Part shown: piece by piece, positions 59,703-64,000 of the stretch
Layout of the letters: each line of letters begins with the position of its first letter
How positions within the stretch are numbered: the stretch's first letter is position 1
Assembly (NCBI GenBank): GCA_031399525.1
Contig: JANNOZ010000016.1
Location: 259,309 to 323,308 of the forward strand
Origin: Actinomycetes bacterium
GTDB taxonomy: Bacteria; Actinomycetota; Acidimicrobiia; Acidimicrobiales; CADCSY01
Length of the DNA: 64,000 nt
Direction: 5' to 3'
Program-made: the position numbers and the translations under genes
Notes under the pieces: model-generated
Seen by the model: the letters and a program-made list of their open reading frames with translations, nothing else
Databases searched by the model: none
Told to the model about the DNA's origin: nothing

Positions 59703-61229
59703 GTGACGGCCGTGGACCCGCTCGACGCCGATACTCCGAAGGAGGCCTGCGGCGTCTTCGGGGTGTACGCCCCTGTTCAAGCGGTGGCCCACCTCACCTA
59801 CCTCGGCCTCTACGCCCTTCAGCACCGGGGCCAGGAGTCGGCTGGCATCGCCGTCTCCGACGGTCGGAACATCGTGTGCGACAAGGACATGGGCCTGGTC
59901 TCTGCGGTGTTCGACGATCGTCGGTTGGCTTCGTTGCCCGGACACATCGCCATCGGTCACACCCGGTACTCCACCACCGGCTCTTCCACCTGGCGCAACG
60001 CCCAGCCGGTCTTCCGCTCGGCGGGCGAGTCCGAGTTCGGACTCGGCCACAACGGGAACCTGGTCAACACCGAGGAGCTGGCCGTCGAGGCGGGGATGCT
60101 TCCCGGCACGGTGAGTTCGGATTCCGACCTGGTGGCTGAGCTGCTGGCATCGGAGATCCTGCGCATGGGTGGTGATCGGGCCGACGGCCGCGACGTCGAG
60201 CATGCGCTGCTCCGGGTCCTGCCCAAACTCAGCGGCGCCTTTTCCTTTGTGCTCCTCGACGCTGGGCACCTGGTCGGCGTGCGCGACCCCAACGGCTTTC
60301 GGCCGCTGTGCCTAGGCAAGCTCGACGGGGGATGGGTCCTGGCATCGGAGTCGCCGGCGCTCGATGTTGTGGGAGCACATTTCGTTCGAGAGATCGACCC
60401 GGGCGAGATGGTCGTCATCGACGCCAGCGGCGTGCGCAGCCTGAAGCCGTTCCCCGAGTCGACCATCGAACCCACCCTGTGCTTGTTCGAGTTCGTCTAC
60501 TTCGCCCGCCCCGACACGCAGCTCTACGGGCAGAGCGTCCACGCCGCCCGCCAGCGCATGGGCGAGGCCTTGGCCCTCCAGGCGCCACTGCCGCCAGCCC
60601 AAGACGGCTTCGAGGGCGAGGCCATGGTTATGCCAGTACCCGAGACCGGGGTGCCGGCGGCTCAAGGCTTCGCCCGGGCCTCGGGCATTCCTTACGGCGA
60701 CGGGCTGGTGAAGAACCGCTACATCGGGCGGACCTTCATCGCTCCGACCCAGGAGCTGCGCAGCAACGGCGTGCGCATGAAGCTCAACCCCTTGGTCGAG
60801 AACATCGCCGGCAAGCGGCTGGTGGTGGTCGACGACTCGATCGTGCGCGGCACGACGTCCCGGGCGCTGGTGCGCATGCTTCGGGAGGCCGGCGCGGCCG
60901 AGGTCCACCTGCGGATCATGTCGCCGCCGTACCGGTGGCCCTGTTACTACGGCATGGACACCGGCGATCGGGCCGAACTCATCGCTGCCAACCTCACCGT
61001 CGACGAGATACGCGATTACCTGGGCGTCGACTCACTTGCCTACATCAGTCTCGACAATGTGCTGAGCGCCACCGGTGCGGTCGGCGCCGGATTCTGTGCG
61101 GCCTGCCTGACGGGGGATTACCCGGTGCCGGTGCCGGTGACCTTGCACAAGGGCGTCCTCGAGCACGACGCCCGCCCGGGTGCGGTCCCTGAGCCGACGA
61201 GTGCGTCCGACGAGATCCGCCTTGGGTGA
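59703..61229 (+). CDS. purF: amidophosphoribosyltransferase
   Basis: 508-aa ORF. Propeptide then CGVFGV N-terminal nucleophile, PRTase motif VVVDDSIVRGTT, C-terminal Cys cluster. Confidence 0.96.
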   Translation: MTAVDPLDADTPKEACGVFGVYAPVQAVAHLTYLGLYALQHRGQESAGIAVSDGRNIVCDKDMGLVSAVFDDRRLASLPGHIAIGHTRYSTTGSSTWRNAQPVFRSAGESEFGLGHNGNLVNTEELAVEAGMLPGTVSSDSDLVAELLASEILRMGGDRADGRDVEHALLRVLPKLSGAFSFVLLDAGHLVGVRDPNGFRPLCLGKLDGGWVLASESPALDVVGAHFVREIDPGEMVVIDASGVRSLKPFPESTIEPTLCLFEFVYFARPDTQLYGQSVHAARQRMGEALALQAPLPPAQDGFEGEAMVMPVPETGVPAAQGFARASGIPYGDGLVKNRYIGRTFIAPTQELRSNGVRMKLNPLVENIAGKRLVVVDDSIVRGTTSRALVRMLREAGAAEVHLRIMSPPYRWPCYYGMDTGDRAELIAANLTVDEIRDYLGVDSLAYISLDNVLSATGAVGAGFCAACLTGDYPVPVPVTLHKGVLEHDARPGAVPEPTSASDEIRLG

Positions 61230-62253
61230 GACCTACGAGGGCGCTGGCGTCAACATCGCCGCCGGCGAGGAGGCGGTCGAGCGCATCAAGGCCAAGGTCC
61301 GATCCACGTTCCGCCCAGAGGTCGTGGGTGACATCGGCGGCTTTGGGGGCCTGTTCGCGCTCGATGTTGGCCGGTACCGCCATCCCGTCCTCGTGGGGAC
61401 CACCGACGGCGTCGGTACCAAGGCGCTGATTGCCCAGGCCGCTGGTCGTTACGAGACGATCGGCGTCGACCTGGTGGCCATGTGCGTCGACGACCTGGTG
61501 TGTCAGGGGGCCGAGCCGCTGTTCCTCCTCGACTACATCTCCGTAGGACGAGTCGTCCCCGACCACATCGAGGCGCTGGTCGAAGGGGTGGCCGAGGGGT
61601 GCCGGCAGGCCGGGTGCTCGCTCATCGGCGGGGAGATGGCCGAGCACCCCGGGGTCATGGAGGAGGGCGAGTTCGATCTGGTCGGCTTCGCCGTCGGAGT
61701 GGTTGAACGCGACGAGATCGTGACCGGCGCCGACATCCAGCCCGGCAATGTCCTGATCGGGCTGCCGTCGACCAACTTGCGCTCCAACGGGTACTCGCTC
61801 GCTCGTCGGGTGCTGCTCGAACGAGCCGGTCTCTCACTCGACGCTGTGGCCTACCCCGGCGCCCACCACTCGCTGGCCGACGAGCTGCTGGCGCCCTCGG
61901 TGATCTTCGCTCCGGCGGTCACGTCATTGCACCGTGAGGTCGAGGTCCGAGGTGTCGCCCACATCACCGGGGGTGGCCTCCCGGGCAACCTGGCCCGGGT
62001 GCTCCCCAAGCGCACCGACGCGGTGATCGATCGCACCGCGTGGGAACAGCCTCGGATCTTCTCTGAGATCCAGCGGCTCGGCGACGTCTCCGACGACGAG
62101 ATGGCCAGGGTGTTCAACCTCGGCATCGGCATGGTGGTGGTGGTCCCGGCCCGCCAGGTCGAGCGGTCGCTGGACCTGCTGCGCGACGGTGGCCACCGGG
62201 CCTCGGTGATCGGCGAGGTCATCGAGGGCCACGGTTCGGTCGCCTTCGGCTGA
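61180..62253 (+). CDS. purM: phosphoribosylformylglycinamidine cyclo-ligase (AIR synthase)
   Basis: 357-aa track ORF. TYEGAGVNIAAGEEAV and DGVGTK motifs. The real start is likely GTG 61201 or TTG 61222, in frame and overlapping the purF end. Confidence 0.93.
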   Translation: MRSLSRRVRPTRSALGETYEGAGVNIAAGEEAVERIKAKVRSTFRPEVVGDIGGFGGLFALDVGRYRHPVLVGTTDGVGTKALIAQAAGRYETIGVDLVAMCVDDLVCQGAEPLFLLDYISVGRVVPDHIEALVEGVAEGCRQAGCSLIGGEMAEHPGVMEEGEFDLVGFAVGVVERDEIVTGADIQPGNVLIGLPSTNLRSNGYSLARRVLLERAGLSLDAVAYPGAHHSLADELLAPSVIFAPAVTSLHREVEVRGVAHITGGGLPGNLARVLPKRTDAVIDRTAWEQPRIFSEIQRLGDVSDDEMARVFNLGIGMVVVVPARQVERSLDLLRDGGHRASVIGEVIEGHGSVAFG

Positions 62254-62258
62254 GCCGG

Positions 62259-62843
62259 GTGGGTAGCGTGCGACCGATGCCGGCACACGTCGAGCTGGTC
62301 GAGCACCTCCTGCGGTTCTCGGTCCGCACCGGGGACTTCGTCCTCAAGTCCGGTGCCCACAGCTCTTGGTTCGTTGACGCCAAGCAGACGACCTGTCGCC
62401 CCGAGGGGATGCTGCTGGTGGCCGACGCCGCACTGGCCGTGCTCCCCCCCGACGTCACCGCCATCGGGGGGCTCACCATGGGGGCCGACGCCATGGCGTT
62501 CTCTATCGCCGCCATCGCGGCCACCCGAGGTCAGCCGGTGCGGAGCTTCTCCGTGCGCAAGGAGGACAAGGATCACGGCGGGGGCGGTCGGATCGCGGGC
62601 GCCCTCGAACCAGGCGACCGAGTCGTGATCGTCGAGGACGCCACCACCCGAGGCGTGTCGATGCTCGAGGCGGCCGAGGCCGTGAGGTCCTTCGGGGCCG
62701 ACCCGGTCCTCCTGCTGCCCCTCGTCGACCGAGGGGGCACGTGCGCGGAGCTGGCCATTGCAGCCGGAATCGCCTTTCACGCGCTGGTAACAGCTCCTGA
62801 GCTCGGGTTCCCCTACGAGGGAGGGCAGGTCCAGGTGCCGTGA
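62259..62843 (+). CDS. pyrE: orotate phosphoribosyltransferase
   Basis: 194-aa ORF. FVLKSGAHSSWFVD and PRTase motif VVIVEDATTRG. Alternative start ATG 62277. Confidence 0.93.
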   Translation: MGSVRPMPAHVELVEHLLRFSVRTGDFVLKSGAHSSWFVDAKQTTCRPEGMLLVADAALAVLPPDVTAIGGLTMGADAMAFSIAAIAATRGQPVRSFSVRKEDKDHGGGGRIAGALEPGDRVVIVEDATTRGVSMLEAAEAVRSFGADPVLLLPLVDRGGTCAELAIAAGIAFHALVTAPELGFPYEGGQVQVP

Positions 62844-63571
62844 CCGCCCGCTTCGACGCCGTGACCTTCGACTACTGGAACACGCTGGTATGGGAGTCGC
62901 GGGGCCAGATGCGAGGGCTGCGAATCGAGGCGTGGGCTGGGTTGCTCGAAGAAGCGGGCTACGCCACTGAGCGCACGCTGCTCGACGCCGTGTTCGAGGC
63001 GTCGTGGAACCGCTATGTCGAACACTGGACGGCGAACCAGCAGTATCAAGCAGCTCGGGCCGCCGAGGACATCATCGAGCAGCTCGGCTTCAAGGTCCCC
63101 ACCCGAGTCCGGGGCGACCTGGTCGACGCGTTCACCAGCGTGGGCGCGTCCGCCGAGCTGCATCTCTGCGATGGGGCGGCGGAGGTGGTCGGGGCGCTCG
63201 CGGCGGCCGGAGTCCGGGTGGGGGTCATCTGCGACGTCGGGATGACGCCGTCGACCATTCTGCGCGATCACCTCGATCGCCACCAGCTGCTCGGCGCGTT
63301 CCACCATTTGACGTTTTCCGACGAGGTCGGGCACTACAAGCCTTCTCCGCTGATGTTCCAGGACGCGCTCGATGGGCTGGCCGTGCGAGATCCGGCCCGA
63401 GCCCTCCATATCGGCGACATCAGGCGCACCGACATCGCCGGGGCCCGGGCGATGGGCATGACTGCGGTCCGCTATCGGGGGATCGAGGACGACGACAGCC
63501 AATCGGTCCCCGAGGGCGACCACGTCATCGACGATCACCGTGAACTATTGGCGATCGTCGGCGTGGACTGA
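62840..63571 (+). CDS. HAD-superfamily hydrolase (haloacid-dehalogenase-like subclass)
   Basis: 243-aa ORF. Motif I-like TFDYWNTLV, TFSDEVGHYKP, C-terminal HIGDIRRTDIAGA. GTGA overlap with the pyrE stop. Confidence 0.8.
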   Translation: MTARFDAVTFDYWNTLVWESRGQMRGLRIEAWAGLLEEAGYATERTLLDAVFEASWNRYVEHWTANQQYQAARAAEDIIEQLGFKVPTRVRGDLVDAFTSVGASAELHLCDGAAEVVGALAAAGVRVGVICDVGMTPSTILRDHLDRHQLLGAFHHLTFSDEVGHYKPSPLMFQDALDGLAVRDPARALHIGDIRRTDIAGARAMGMTAVRYRGIEDDDSQSVPEGDHVIDDHRELLAIVGVD

Positions 63572-63581
63572 CCCACTGCGG

Positions 63582-63654
63582 TGGTCGGGACCGGCGTCGA
63601 TCCGGTGACCTCGCGCTTTTCAGGCGCGCGCTCTGCCAACTGAGCTACCCGACC
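63582..63654 (-). tRNA. tRNA-Phe (anticodon GAA)
   Basis: Reverse complement GGTCGGGTAGCTCAGTTGGCAGAGCGCGCGCCTGAAAAGCGCGAGGTCACCGGATCGACGCCGGTCCCGACCA. Anticodon loop CTGAAAA. Unusual T-loop ATCGACG. No encoded CCA. Confidence 0.88.
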
Positions 63655-63713
63655 AGGTGGTGCTACCAGATGATGGCATCACCGCGGCAGTGCCACCCAA
63701 CGGTGGCACTGCG

Positions 63714-63791
63714 TGGCGGTCCCGACGGGATTTGAACCCGCGACCTCCGGCTTGACAGGCCGGCGTGCACTCCAGACTGCACTACGGGACC
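63714..63791 (-). tRNA. tRNA-Asp (anticodon GTC)
   Basis: Reverse complement GGTCCCGTAGTGCAGTCTGGAGTGCACGCCGGCCTGTCAAGCCGGAGGTCGCGGGTTCAAATCCCGTCGGGACCGCCA. Anticodon loop CTGTCAA. CCA encoded. Confidence 0.92.
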
Positions 63792-63799
63792 AAGGTGGG

Positions 63800-63872
63800 C
63801 ACCCCCAACGGGATTCGAACCCGTGTTACCGCCTTGAAAGGGCGGCGTCCTGGGCCGCTGGACGATGGGGGC
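63800..63872 (-). tRNA. tRNA-Glu (anticodon TTC)
   Basis: Reverse complement GCCCCCATCGTCCAGCGGCCCAGGACGCCGCCCTTTCAAGGCGGTAACACGGGTTCGAATCCCGTTGGGGGTG. Anticodon loop CTTTCAA. No encoded CCA. Confidence 0.92.
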
Positions 63873-63940
63873 TCGATGCGCCGCTGGGGTGCGAGACGAT
63901 AGCAAACCCACCCGCCCGTCCCCTCAGAGCGAGGGCTGGT

Positions 63941-64000
63941 TCAGCTCAGGGCGTCGACGATGACGTCGAGCAGGTAGCTCAGGTACTGATAGATCGCCCG
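63941..64000 (-). CDS. 3' end of an unidentified gene running off the right edge
   Basis: Minus-strand frame ...RAIYQYLSYLLDVIVDALS ending at stop TGA (63943..63941). Only 19 codons visible. Confidence 0.25.
   Translation of the reverse strand, partial: RAIYQYLSYLLDVIVDALS

Noticed and set aside
63663-63911. 82-aa minus-strand ORF
   Set aside because: It is composed of the tRNA-Asp and tRNA-Glu genes read as protein.

Overview
This is a mostly core, high-GC chromosome segment of actinobacterial type that contains the replication origin. G+C was not computed, but third codon positions of real genes are almost always G/C. Gene order follows the classic Actinomycetota origin neighbourhood.

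Gene order:
- Minus strand: gyrA-gyrB-DUF721/dciA-recF-dnaN-dnaA, with oriC (AT-rich DUE plus DnaA boxes) in the dnaA-dnaN spacer.
- Plus strand: rpmH-rnpA-yidD-yidC-jag-rsmG-parA-parB, with one perfect parS palindrome.
- A nine-gene minus-strand array: GNAT, Rv3909-like exported protein, DegV, Ser/Thr kinase, ECF sigma, anti-sigma, membrane protein, trxB, trxA.
- Then pilT, cca, msrA, ino1-padR, panB, rpsF-ssb-rpsR-rplI, dnaB and dcd.
- A block of cNMP-binding protein, atypical OmpR-type regulator, PII and Amt, followed by gpmA.
- dnaK-grpE-dnaJ-hspR-clpB with a HAIR operator, then an LAxTG surface protein.
- A large purine cluster (purA-purD-purB-purC-purS-purQ ... purL-purF-purM) plus pyrE.
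- Five tRNAs: Ile-GAT, Gly-CCC, Phe-GAA, Asp-GTC, Glu-TTC.

I saw no rRNA, CRISPR array, transposase, integrase, phage gene or recognisable defence-system gene. I therefore do not claim a new multi-gene system with confidence.

Best candidates for something undescribed (all small or regulatory):
- A truncated Glu-for-Asp OmpR-type regulator paired with a cNMP-binding protein directly upstream of glnB-amt, with 22-bp-phased CGTCA(G/C) repeats in the amt leader.
- An antisense B-box-like zinc-finger mini-ORF filling the purD-purB spacer.
- A repeat-bearing 240-nt leader in front of the LAxTG protein.
- A 100-nt long-stem inverted repeat after the dnaB-linked gene.
- A catalytically intact kinase with an MviN-type ectodomain at the position where actinobacteria usually carry a MurJ-pseudokinase fusion.
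- A basic AT-hook-like protein plus flavoprotein splitting purQ from purL.

Caveats:
- Many long ORFs in the track are antisense shadow frames typical of high-GC DNA and were rejected.
- Several track ORFs look over-extended at the N-terminus. I give the start I consider most likely and say so.
- Coordinates of sites not in the ORF track were counted by hand and may be off by 1-2 nt.
- Family names such as DUF numbers are from memory, not from a search.
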